A DNA stretch of 64,000 bases from a virus, in IMG/VR virus record IMGVR_UViG_3300013101_002049, positions 64,001 to 128,000 of that record. One strand, given 5' to 3'. The translations under genes were made by a program, and so were the position numbers. The notes beneath the pieces were generated by a model that was given only the letters and a program-made list of their open reading frames with translations, ran no database searches and was not told the DNA's origin. This document shows positions 1 through 10,300 of the stretch, piece after piece; position 1 is the first letter of the stretch; every line of letters begins with the position of its first letter.

Positions 1-1682
1 AACACGGTATGACTCTCGTAGATGATGATGGTGATTATTCTAATACAGATTGGGGGTCGTTATATAGTTACCATGAAGATGTAAGTACACCATATACTAA
101 AAGTATTTCAATTGTGGTAGATCCAGCTGGTATAGTTGTTAATGATGATGTTGTAACGTTAACAGTGGTTGTTAGAGATCAATATGGTATTGGATTATTA
201 GGTAAAACTGTTACTTTTTCAGATGATGATTCTTATGGTACGTTTGATCCTATAGGTGGTACAGCAGTAACCAATGCAAGTGGAATTGCTGAAATTAATT
301 ATGATCTTAATAAGCCTGGTGGAGATGTGCCTGGTTTTTCATCAAGCCATGATATTAGGATAGATATAAAAACAGACGGATCTTCTTCATTTACTGGTAG
401 TTCATGGGTATGGGATGGTATGAATTTGTTATGTCATCGCAAGTTTACAATAGCAGCTGATGATTTTATTGAACAAAAACAGACTTTGAGTGGTGATTAT
501 CCTGTAGAAGGAGATGATTTATATACACAAATGTATATGACTCAAATATCTGAAATGGAGAATGATTTTTATTTAAAAGCAAAAAGTAAATTTCAGTTTC
601 CAGGTGGTGATTGGGGTTCTGGAGGAGCGCCATCAAATCAAACAACTTCTGTAAAACAATTGGAAGAGTTTGGAAGTGATATGAATTTTGACCAGATAGA
701 TAAAGAAATTGATTCCGAAGTTTATTTGGATCAAGATAAAGAACAAGATAATGAATTACAAGTTAGTCAAACATATGTTAGTCGTCATGTTTTAACTGGG
801 CATTATGATAGTACTGATATAGATCAATTTAGGTTTATTGAAGATGCTATACCGGCTTTTTGGTCAGAAAAAAATTCTGTAAGTACAAATATTTGGATCA
901 GGCTCAGACCTTTTGCGTATAGTTTAAATCAAAGTACGTTAATTTTTAAAGTCAGAGAAATTTCATATGTAGGTGATACACATTGGCAAGATGTTACATC
1001 TTCCTGTGCAGTTAGTACGTTTGATGCTGGCGGCGGTCTTCTTGGTTTAGATATTACATATGATCCGCCAACGGATTTTCATCACAACGGAATTGTGTAT
1101 GTCGATATTGTAGTTTATGATACAGCATCGACTCCAAATATAATCGTTACTGACTATTGGTTTAAAATTATTCAAGATTATAAAGCTCCTTATATCGAAA
1201 ATGAGTATCCTTCTCGTGGTGAGGAGGATGTTGTTCGAAATACAAATATTTCGTTTGATATAAAGGATGCGGGGGTAGGTGTAGATATAAGTACATTAGA
1301 ATTTTATGTCAATAACAGAAAGAAAACACCTGTTATTTCGAATATTTCTGGTGGTTATCACGTTGAATATAACCCACCAAATGATTTCTTTTATGGTCAA
1401 ACTGCTGAAATAACAGTTAAAGTGAAAGATGCCTCGGATTATGAAAATGCATTACATGATATGTGGAGATTTTACATTGAAGAGAGCACTGGCCCTTGGA
1501 TAGACCCTGATAGTTTTTATCCGGATAATTGTACTAAAGGGGTGTCCAGAAAATGGTCCGAAATATCATTTAATGTGTATGGAATCAATGACACGGGGGT
1601 GGATAGAGACAGTATTGTAGTGCATATTGGCGGTAAGGAAAGGGGTGTAACCATAACCCCTATTATATACCGCATAAGTTAA
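1..1682 (+). CDS. Putative virion structural protein with Ig-like domains (probably 5'-truncated)
   Basis: The frame is open to the window edge upstream of ATG 9. Ig-like signatures: LTVVVRDQYG..GKTVTF..TNASGIA and DYKAPYIENEYP..NTNISFDIKDAGVGVD. Confidence 0.6.
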   Translation, partial: HGMTLVDDDGDYSNTDWGSLYSYHEDVSTPYTKSISIVVDPAGIVVNDDVVTLTVVVRDQYGIGLLGKTVTFSDDDSYGTFDPIGGTAVTNASGIAEINYDLNKPGGDVPGFSSSHDIRIDIKTDGSSSFTGSSWVWDGMNLLCHRKFTIAADDFIEQKQTLSGDYPVEGDDLYTQMYMTQISEMENDFYLKAKSKFQFPGGDWGSGGAPSNQTTSVKQLEEFGSDMNFDQIDKEIDSEVYLDQDKEQDNELQVSQTYVSRHVLTGHYDSTDIDQFRFIEDAIPAFWSEKNSVSTNIWIRLRPFAYSLNQSTLIFKVREISYVGDTHWQDVTSSCAVSTFDAGGGLLGLDITYDPPTDFHHNGIVYVDIVVYDTASTPNIIVTDYWFKIIQDYKAPYIENEYPSRGEEDVVRNTNISFDIKDAGVGVDISTLEFYVNNRKKTPVISNISGGYHVEYNPPNDFFYGQTAEITVKVKDASDYENALHDMWRFYIEESTGPWIDPDSFYPDNCTKGVSRKWSEISFNVYGINDTGVDRDSIVVHIGGKERGVTITPIIYRIS

Positions 1683-1717
1683 TCTAACCAACTTATATAT
1701 AGAGGATTACATCCAAA

Positions 1718-2338
1718 ATGACTATATTAATTGATAATTTTTCGGTGGGAGTTGAAGAATGGTTACCTGTTGCAGATTTAGTATCTTTTTCGGTGGATGT
1801 GGTAGACTTATCTTCTACAATAAGTACATCTGGAACATATTTTTTGCACGACGGCATGATTGTGTCCACAGTTTTATCTGGAATACCGAATGGTTATAGA
1901 GCTTATTATTACCCAACTAGTGTTGCGTCTAGCGGCACGATAACTTTAACAATCCATGCGGAAAACACAAATTCGGGTATTTTGGAACATAATTATTATT
2001 TATTGTATGGTTATCATGTTGAATTTAATGAGCTTATAGATTGGGGACCGAAGTCCACCGTAGTAACATCTGTTCAGGCATCAAATTTGGCTTTTTGTCC
2101 TAATACAGAGGGAGAAGCGGCGTATTTTGAAACTCGTGATTTAGAATCCTATGATTTAAGGGCTTCAATATCTGCTATTGATAGTGTAGATTTGGGAGCT
2201 TCTATTTATCCTCAAAATAAATTTTTCTTTTATGGAAGAACTTATACGATAACCGTTTCTGGAATAAAGGACTTTGGGGGAAACGAATTAGATCCTGTTG
2301 TTTTTAGTTTTACTATAGAGAATCCAAACGATACATAA
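1718..2338 (+). CDS. Putative structural protein with a C-terminal Ig-like (Big_5-like) segment and two DLxAsI repeats
   Basis: 206 aa ORF with GRTYTITVSGIKDFGGNELDPVVFSFT and DLRASISAIDSVDLGASIYP. Confidence 0.55.
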   Translation: MTILIDNFSVGVEEWLPVADLVSFSVDVVDLSSTISTSGTYFLHDGMIVSTVLSGIPNGYRAYYYPTSVASSGTITLTIHAENTNSGILEHNYYLLYGYHVEFNELIDWGPKSTVVTSVQASNLAFCPNTEGEAAYFETRDLESYDLRASISAIDSVDLGASIYPQNKFFFYGRTYTITVSGIKDFGGNELDPVVFSFTIENPNDT

Positions 2339-2393
2339 AGAGATTTATCAAAATGTTGTTAGGAATAAATATAATTATAGGGAGGTATAAATT

Positions 2394-3962
2394 ATGGCTG
2401 CTGTGACAAGGTGGGTTGCCTATGATGTGAGTGCAGAAGGTGCTATTGGTGATGGGGATAATGGATGTAAGGGAACGCAGGGTTATTCTATAGCAACTGC
2501 AAGTGTTGGTGATACATTTAATATAGGTCCCACAACTAATAGGTTACATCTTAGTATTGGTGGTGATTCTGCTCCGTATATTACTTTATATTCTGGATCT
2601 AATCTGGATGCAAGGTTTGTAGCAAGAGACATCACTGAAAAATTAAGAGCTTTAGGTAAAGGCACTGAAGATTATGATAAAGCCATTTGTAAATGGGAAA
2701 ATGATGGTACGAATGGAAATCGTTTTGCGATTTATCCTGGTGAATTAGGTGTTGGGTCTCAGGTTGTGGTAGCAACTAGTGGTACTAATTCAGCACACGC
2801 AGTGCTTGGTTGGACTACAAAAAGCGAGGCTGGTGGATCTGCTACTTCTAACACGTTTAATGGCACGGCATCAATTTCTGGAACTTATTATGGTTTAGTT
2901 TCAGAAGTATATAAAATTGTAATTAGTGATGATAATGATGCTACTCGTGGTATAGGTTCAGCAAGTAAAGGCGGCGGAAATACATATGCTGGGACTATGT
3001 CCACTGGTGGTGTGTTTAATAATAATTCTGATATTGAATATGTTATAAGTATAGATGTTACCAATGGAACAACTATGGGCGCAGGAACTGGTAATGTTCC
3101 AACAATGGGCTGGACATCAACTGGAAGTGCTGATGACTCAAGTGTTAATACAGAGTTATTATATCCAGATTATTGGTATAAAGTAGGTAGTAAAGGATTA
3201 ATGGTTAAATTTACTGATGCAGTTTTTAATACTGCAAGTCCTGCTTGGACCATCCAGTGTTATAAACCAGATGGCGCTGGTGGGGGGGCTTCATCTCCAG
3301 TAGGAACAGCTCAATATGTATATAGTTCTGATAGAGGTGATATGAGTAGTTCTCCGACTACCACTATTTCAGGTAGTTATACTGTATTAGGTTCTCGTGG
3401 TGTGTCAATTAAATTTAATCCAACTGGTGGTGGTGATGATCTTGCTGCTGGTGATGAATTTTATGTAATTTGTGCTGGACCAGATAATGCCGCACCTGCG
3501 TATCCAAATGTAACATCAATAAATTATGGAAATGTTACGGTTTCTACTGAGAGCGCTGTTAAATGTGTTATGTTTGAAATTGAATCTGGTGCTGTTCAGA
3601 TGAGTACTGTAAAATTTGGTTTACAAAGTCATGGTACATTTTCTCATCATAACGAAGGTAATTCTGATACCTATTTTAGATTTGGTACCGTTGGTATGGG
3701 AAATGAAGCTGGTACAGGCGACACTGATGGTATTGAATGGTATCCTAATATAGCAGCTACGGATATTGATGGTGATACTCCGCCTAGTTATTTATATGCT
3801 ACTGAAGATAATTTGTCTGTTGTGTCAACAGCTGATGCTAGTGAATCTATTGGTAATTATGGTTTGGTTGCTGATCCTGTATGGTTAAATATAAGATTAG
3901 GCGCTGCAGAAACTGGTGCCAATTCTACTATTAACTATAGGTGCTATTTCGACTATAGTTAG
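2394..3962 (+). CDS. Gly/Thr/Ser-rich putative virion structural protein
   Basis: 522 aa ORF with a GGAGG RBS, beta-rich composition and structural-block context. Confidence 0.55.
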   Translation: MAAVTRWVAYDVSAEGAIGDGDNGCKGTQGYSIATASVGDTFNIGPTTNRLHLSIGGDSAPYITLYSGSNLDARFVARDITEKLRALGKGTEDYDKAICKWENDGTNGNRFAIYPGELGVGSQVVVATSGTNSAHAVLGWTTKSEAGGSATSNTFNGTASISGTYYGLVSEVYKIVISDDNDATRGIGSASKGGGNTYAGTMSTGGVFNNNSDIEYVISIDVTNGTTMGAGTGNVPTMGWTSTGSADDSSVNTELLYPDYWYKVGSKGLMVKFTDAVFNTASPAWTIQCYKPDGAGGGASSPVGTAQYVYSSDRGDMSSSPTTTISGSYTVLGSRGVSIKFNPTGGGDDLAAGDEFYVICAGPDNAAPAYPNVTSINYGNVTVSTESAVKCVMFEIESGAVQMSTVKFGLQSHGTFSHHNEGNSDTYFRFGTVGMGNEAGTGDTDGIEWYPNIAATDIDGDTPPSYLYATEDNLSVVSTADASESIGNYGLVADPVWLNIRLGAAETGANSTINYRCYFDYS

Positions 3963-4018
3963 AGTAAAATTAAATAGTTATACAGATATAGCATATTGTT
4001 ATTTATTCCATTTTTATT

Positions 4019-4050
4019 CTAGCAAAATCCATAAAATATCCTATAATATA
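4019..4050 (+). promoter_or_regulatory. Putative phage promoter CTAGCA-N17-TATAAT
   Basis: CTAGCA at 4019-4024 and TATAAT at 4042-4047, followed by AGGAGG. The same arrangement occurs at 32508 and 59439. Confidence 0.7.
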
Positions 4051-4063
4051 TATAGGAGGCTTT

Positions 4064-5992
4064 ATGAATACTAATAGCAATATGATAAAAACTAAAAAAA
4101 TTTGTCCAGTATGTGGTAAGGTTGTAAATAATCTGAATCAACATATTAGTATGATGTCCAAATCATGTAAAGCGCATGACGCTTATCAGTATGGCAGACT
4201 GGAGAGTTGTTTTAATAGTGAGTCCTCTTTATCTGAGATTTCTACTTTGTTAGGCATAGAAAGACATAGTCTAACCAAATTGTTTAAATTATATTTTGGC
4301 AATAATAAAACTGTAGGTAGGAATGAATTTAATAGAAGAAATAGTATATCTAATAAAAAAAGTGGTAAGTCTAATACACGTACTAAAACTTCAATATCAT
4401 ATGAAACGATCAAGAAATCTTTTGAGGTTGAGGGGTATAAACTATTATCTACTGAGTATATAAATAATCGCCAAAAATTAAAATATGTGTGTAAAAATGG
4501 GCATAGAGGTGAAATTAATTGGACTAAATGGCGAATTGGACAGCGTTGCGCTAAATGCTCAAAATATAGAAATAGATATAATATTAATTATATTAAAAAG
4601 TCTTTCGAATCTGAAGGGTATCTGCTTTTGTCGGATACTTATATAGATTCTGAAACACCTCTTGATTTTATCTGTCCAAATGGGCATAAGCATGCTATAT
4701 CATGGTCTGCTTGGAATAATCAGCATCAAAGGTGTGCTATATGTGCTGGGGTGTCCAGGACTAGTTATGAACAAATTAAAAGCTCTTTTGAAAAAGAGGG
4801 ATATGAATTATTAACAAAAGTTTATATAAATAATCGTCAAAAATTAGATTTTATATGTCCTAATAGTCATAAGTGCTCTATTACGTGGAGCGCTTGGTCG
4901 AAGGGAGGTCGTTGTAAAATTTGTAGTGGATTATATATCGATGAAGATGTAGTTATAAAAGATGTAACATCAAATGGATATATATTAATAGGAAAGTATA
5001 CTAATTCTCACATACCTATGCATTTAATTTGCCCAAATGGCCATGATTATTATGTGTCATGGCACAACTGGAGTTCTAAAGGGTATAGATGTCCCAGATG
5101 CACGAATGTAGGCACATCTTATCAGGAAACAGATTTATTATCTTGTATTAAATCAATTTATGATGGTGAAATAATAGATAGATCAAAAACTATAATATCT
5201 CCATATGAATTAGATATAGTAATTCCAGATAAAAAAATAGCCATAGAATACTGCGGTCTGTATTGGCATTCAGAATTATCTGGAAAAGATCGTAAGTACC
5301 ACCTAAGTAAGTTAGAACTTTGTAATGAAAAAGGTTATAGATTGATAACTATTTTTGAAGACGAATGGTTATCAAACAAAGATTTAGTAATTTCAAGACT
5401 TAAAAACATTTTATCTTTGGACAATGAAAGAATATATGCTCGTCAATGCACTGTTAAGGAAATCACTGTTACTGAAGCTAAAAAGTTTTGTAATGAAAAC
5501 CACCTTCAAGGTTATAATGGATCAAATATAAAATTAGGTTTATTTTATAATGATGAGTTGGTTTCGGTTATGACATTTTCTAAGCCTTCAATTTCTAAAG
5601 GGGGTAAGAATAGAAATCGAAATATATGGGAATTGCAGAGGTTTTGTTCTAAAAGAGGTATAACTGTTGTAGGAGGAGCTTCGAAGCTTTTAAAATATTT
5701 TGAAAGAACTTATGATTGGATTCAAATATTTTCTTATGCGGACCGCCGTTGGTCGAATGGGAATTTATATGAAAAATTAGGGTTTGATTTTGATAAGTAT
5801 ACTGTGTTAAATTACTGGTATTTTAAATCAAATAAGTTAGAAAGAATTCATAGGTTTGCTTTAAGAAAACAACCCTATGAATCTAAAAATAAAACTGAGT
5901 GGGAATTACGACAAGATGAGGGTTATAATAGAATATGGGATTGTGGTAATATCAAATATATAAAATATAAGAACAATATTAAGGACAAGTGA
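4064..5992 (+). CDS. Hef-like putative homing endonuclease: four zinc-ribbon repeats, a Vsr/PD-(D/E)XK-like nuclease and a Mom/GNAT-like C-terminal domain
   Basis: Four ~60-aa repeats (GY.L...Y......L...C.N.H....W..W....RC..C), then ELDIVIPDKKIAIEYCGLYWH, then ELQRFC..GGASKLL..SYADRRWSNGNLYEKLGF. Confidence 0.7.
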   Translation: MNTNSNMIKTKKICPVCGKVVNNLNQHISMMSKSCKAHDAYQYGRLESCFNSESSLSEISTLLGIERHSLTKLFKLYFGNNKTVGRNEFNRRNSISNKKSGKSNTRTKTSISYETIKKSFEVEGYKLLSTEYINNRQKLKYVCKNGHRGEINWTKWRIGQRCAKCSKYRNRYNINYIKKSFESEGYLLLSDTYIDSETPLDFICPNGHKHAISWSAWNNQHQRCAICAGVSRTSYEQIKSSFEKEGYELLTKVYINNRQKLDFICPNSHKCSITWSAWSKGGRCKICSGLYIDEDVVIKDVTSNGYILIGKYTNSHIPMHLICPNGHDYYVSWHNWSSKGYRCPRCTNVGTSYQETDLLSCIKSIYDGEIIDRSKTIISPYELDIVIPDKKIAIEYCGLYWHSELSGKDRKYHLSKLELCNEKGYRLITIFEDEWLSNKDLVISRLKNILSLDNERIYARQCTVKEITVTEAKKFCNENHLQGYNGSNIKLGLFYNDELVSVMTFSKPSISKGGKNRNRNIWELQRFCSKRGITVVGGASKLLKYFERTYDWIQIFSYADRRWSNGNLYEKLGFDFDKYTVLNYWYFKSNKLERIHRFALRKQPYESKNKTEWELRQDEGYNRIWDCGNIKYIKYKNNIKDK

Positions 5993-6163
5993 ATTATTTA
6001 GGTTAAGAATATAGGACGGGATGGTCTCTACAATAGTGTGGTTGTAAGATAATAGTTTTAAGGGAAATGGAGTAAAAAATGAATAATTGTATAAAATTTT
6101 ATAAAGAGTACAGTGGTCTATATTTTTATATGGATTGTTGTGCTCTTTTTTAATGGTGGCAGT

Positions 6164-7063
6164 ATGCAAAGAGGTAAAAGAAGTATTCAATTAGATAAAA
6201 ATAAAAATAGTATAATTAATATGTATAATAATGGGTTAACTCAACAGGATATAGCTGATAAATTTGGTGTACATCAAGGTACTATAGGAAGACGTTTAAT
6301 TAAATGGGGAATCACTAGTGGCAGAAATTTGGATAATGATATTATTAAAGAGATGTATGTGAAAGATTGTTATACTTGTAGAGAGATAGCGGAAAGATTT
6401 AGGGTAAGTGTTTCGTGTATAAATAATAGATTACATACTATGAGTATATATCGTAAATGTATAAATAGAGATTTTGTGCGTACTGCACTTAGAGTGGATA
6501 TATCTAAAAATGTTTTAAAAGATTTATATTTCAATAAAAAGTTAACTATGAATAATATAGCTGAGAAGTTTAATTGTAGTAGATCTTCTATATACAGAAG
6601 GATGATGGAATATGGATTGAGACCACGGAATAAAGTAGAAGCCGCTAATAGGGGCATTAATCATCATAATTATAATAAACATATGTCTAAAAAGTCGAAA
6701 GACAAATTGATTAAGTAGTTATCTAAAATTGATCGTCCTATTAAAACTTATGGTAAAGGGAATGGATCTTATTATATAACACCCAATCAGGGTAAGCGAT
6801 GGATGAGGTCTGGATGGGAAATTAAAGTTGCTGACTATTTGACTAATAACAATTATGACTGGTATTATGAACATAAATGGTTAAAAATAGGCGATGAATA
6901 TTACATCCCTGATTTTTATTTACCTACGGAGAATAAGTATATAGAAGTTAAGGGATGGAAGACTGATAAGACTATGTACAAATATAATAAAGCGAAGGCT
7001 ATGTACAATATAGAATTGTGGGATTATCACAAATTAATTGAGCTTGGTATACCAACCAGGTAA
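6164..7063 (+). pseudogene. HTH-repeat plus PD-(D/E)XK (TnsA-like) putative homing endonuclease split by one in-frame TAG (6716-6718)
   Basis: ORFs 6113-6718 and 6803-7063 share a frame, and the 28 codons between them are open (LSKIDRPIKTYGKGNGSYYITPNQGKRW). Three HTH repeats precede RSGWE..YIPDFYL..IEVKG. Confidence 0.7.
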
Positions 7064-7079
7064 TTTATAGGAGATAAGT

Positions 7080-7397
7080 ATGAAAGAATTTATCGGATGG
7101 GAAGTACAATTAAAAGACGGTACTATTATACGAGAAGGGTCTATGGAGTGGAAGGAAGTGCCAAAGAGGGCGATAGTTAGACTTTCATTGTATCATTATA
7201 ATGGACGTAGATGGGATTTAACTGGTAAGGAGGCGTATGGTATAAAGACAACTGCTTCTATGGTTCCTGGAATTCAAGAGAGTTTTCGGATTGAACGTAG
7301 GACCATTTATTACTATGAAGGTGCGTCAAAGGTTTGTTATCATGTAGATGAAACAACTGGCCGATTTGATATGGAGGTCATTGATAATAGTGAGTAA
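7080..7397 (+). CDS. Hypothetical protein
   Basis: 105 aa ORF with an AGGAG RBS. Confidence 0.6.
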   Translation: MKEFIGWEVQLKDGTIIREGSMEWKEVPKRAIVRLSLYHYNGRRWDLTGKEAYGIKTTASMVPGIQESFRIERRTIYYYEGASKVCYHVDETTGRFDMEVIDNSE

Positions 7398-10300
7398 GAA
7401 TAAATGTCAATATTGGGTTAATGAGCCTATTGTATGTGAATATTGGGATGAGGTAAATCAGGTTTGTATTTATGCACCTCAGAGTGCTTCTGACGCAGAT
7501 GCGGCTAGTAGGGCACCTTATTGTAATCGGATAGGTACAGATGCATCTTGTGACCAATATACAGGAGATGGTTCTAAACAATATAGGTGTATTTTACCAG
7601 ACCCAAATAGACATGTAGGACAAAGAGATGTTCCTGGTGGTGGTAAATGGACTCTGGATCAGATTAATGGATATAATGATGGTCAGTGTGATGGTAATGG
7701 TACTGATGCTACTTGTTCTGGTTACTCACCTTATCACATGGGTTTTTCATCTATACAGCCGGATAAATATCCTTATGCAGCTGATTTAGAACAATTTGCT
7801 ACAGTTCCTTCTGGATTGGTTTTTAGACTACCTCTTTATTATGATGTTTCTTATATAAGGGCTCAGTTGGGTAGATGCTTTTGGTGGCGGGAGGAAGCCC
7901 AAGAATTCTCAATTGATAGTAATACCGGTAGAATAAACAATGTACCTACACAATGTTTGAATAGAAATGATGAAAAAATACAGGAATATTGGAATGATCA
8001 TAGTTATGATAAAGATTTAGGTATGTGGAAAGCCCCGTGTAATGGTGCCAAACCAGAATGTCCAGGATATACTGGGGTTTGTTGGGAATATTGTGTTGAT
8101 CCTAAAATGAGCCAAGGTGACAAGGTTTTGGCGGAGCAGATTTTGGAGCTGCGATATTATCTTTTTAAGGAAAATTGGGATCTTGATAAATATAAAGATT
8201 CGTTTGCTGAACCAGATATTCAAGCATGGGCGGGTAAAATACATCAAGCGTTAAGTACTGTCAATCCTTTTCAGGTTAATTGGATTATAGATGCATGGCG
8301 TGTTTATTTACCAGATTTTGATTATTTTCATACTGAAAGAGAAAAGCTGCCTTTAACCGCTGGTACCGCTTCAAATAATTATGAAGGTGAATATCCTGAT
8401 TTAGTTAAAGAACTTAAATCAATACCTTTAAAACCAATTATACGAAACAAGTTTGAAACGTTAGAATTTCCCGATGGAGAATATAATGTTTTTGAATCTT
8501 CCGATATAAATCACGAAGACGTAGTAATTTTAGGTGACACATTTTGGTATAATAGTGTTGTTTATGCTATAAATTTGTCTGATCCAGAATTGTCCTTTTT
8601 GCCTAAAGATGAGTTATTACGATATGGTAGTTTATTCGAAATGGAGCAGGCTTGGAGTGATACTACTGGTAAATTTGATGAATTTTATGATGAATTATCT
8701 AATGATTTAGATTTTGTATTAAAAGCTTTTCCTGAAAAAGCCCCTACGTCTTTAGTGGATTCACATTTAAATATGTTTTATATTGGCTCAAAAACTTTTT
8801 GGGGTGATAATGACATATTTGTGTTTGATAAAGGTAGTGGAACGTGGGAATATGATCATATTCATTTTAAAAAATTATTTGTTGGCGGGGTAATAGGTCA
8901 AACGTCTTTTAAAATAGAAGGTGAAGGAACTGCTGATTATTTACCATCATATCAAGATGATTTTGTAGCTTACACTAATAGAAATGGTGAGATAACTTTT
9001 AGTTTCTTTCCTATGGTGTCAGCTTGGTTTGGTGAATCTTGTGATATGGCCTATTTATATAACGATGCTGTGCGTGAACGTTTACCAGCTAATAATCTTA
9101 TTATGCCATTATCAAAGACATATGTGGTTGGCTATAAATTATACAAAATTTTATTTGGTCAGGAAATGGAATTATCTATAACTGATGGAAGTTTAAGAGT
9201 ACTGGGTAATGCAGGTTATATACTTGTAATTATACCAGATACATACAAAGATTTATCAAACGCGGTGCGCCCATGGGAAATAGATGGGAAAATGTATTTA
9301 TATTATGCTGAAGATGATAGAATAGAGATGGAAGTGTATGAAAAGGGCACCGATCGTTTAGAAGTAAATCAATTTATAATAAAACCTAAAAATATAAATG
9401 AATTTAAACAAATATGTAATAATACTTATTTATATATAAATAAATTATATACATATGAAAAGCATAGTTTTGGTGAAGTTCCGGAAAGATCTCATTATGG
9501 TTCAGAAGTTGTGCCTGATTCTTATGTAACGGTTAGTGGTAGTGATCCAGATTCCGTTATTTATCGAGATGATATTATGGAATTAGAAAATGATGAATAT
9601 AATTATACATTGAGTAAATTTGGTTATGATCCATTGATTATGTCGGTCGTATTAAAAGGACGAACTGGTAGAACACGCGGTCAGATTAAAACAAAATTAT
9701 TGACTTGGGTTAGACAACCTTATTGTCGTGATGTTGAAATTTTTTACTCATGGTCAGCTTCTTATAGGAAATATACTTTATTACCTGAGTATAATTGTTA
9801 TGGTAAGCCAGGTGCGGAGTATGAGGTAGACGAAAATGATGCGCCTGTTTCTATAAATAATGGATATGTACCTCCTTGTGGTGATCACGATTTGAGTTTT
9901 TTTTCTGAGACCGGTCCCATGTGGTATCCATATAATGAATGTGATAATTATGCACGATATAATATAGTAGGTAATCTTACTGAATTTGATATTCGCATAA
10001 TGGAACCTTTTTGGGAAGGTGTTGATCCGCCCCATGGTAAATGGGATATACGTATGTTAGGTCCGGCCGATCATTTTGGTTATACTTGTGATTCGCATGC
10101 TCATTTATGGAATTGTTTGTGTGATTGGTCTTTTTGTAATGAGGACAAATTAGGTGAAAATAGATTTTCCGGATATGGTTATTACCGCTGTGGTCTTGAT
10201 TTTTTAGCTAAAGAAAGAGCTTTAAGAAATGACGGATCTTTGCCTAAATTCGGTAATGTATACCGGGATTTTCTCAGAAGTTATAGATCTATGGATAATA

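Noticed and set aside
1641-1661. AGGGGT-N9-ACCCCT hairpin as a terminator
   Set aside because: It lies inside the coding sequence, has a short stem and has no U-tract.
6079-6153. 24-codon ORF with a GGAG RBS ending CTT TTT TAA that could +1 frameshift into the HTH/endonuclease gene
   Set aside because: The peptide is unrecognisable and ATG 6164 explains the downstream gene, so support is insufficient.
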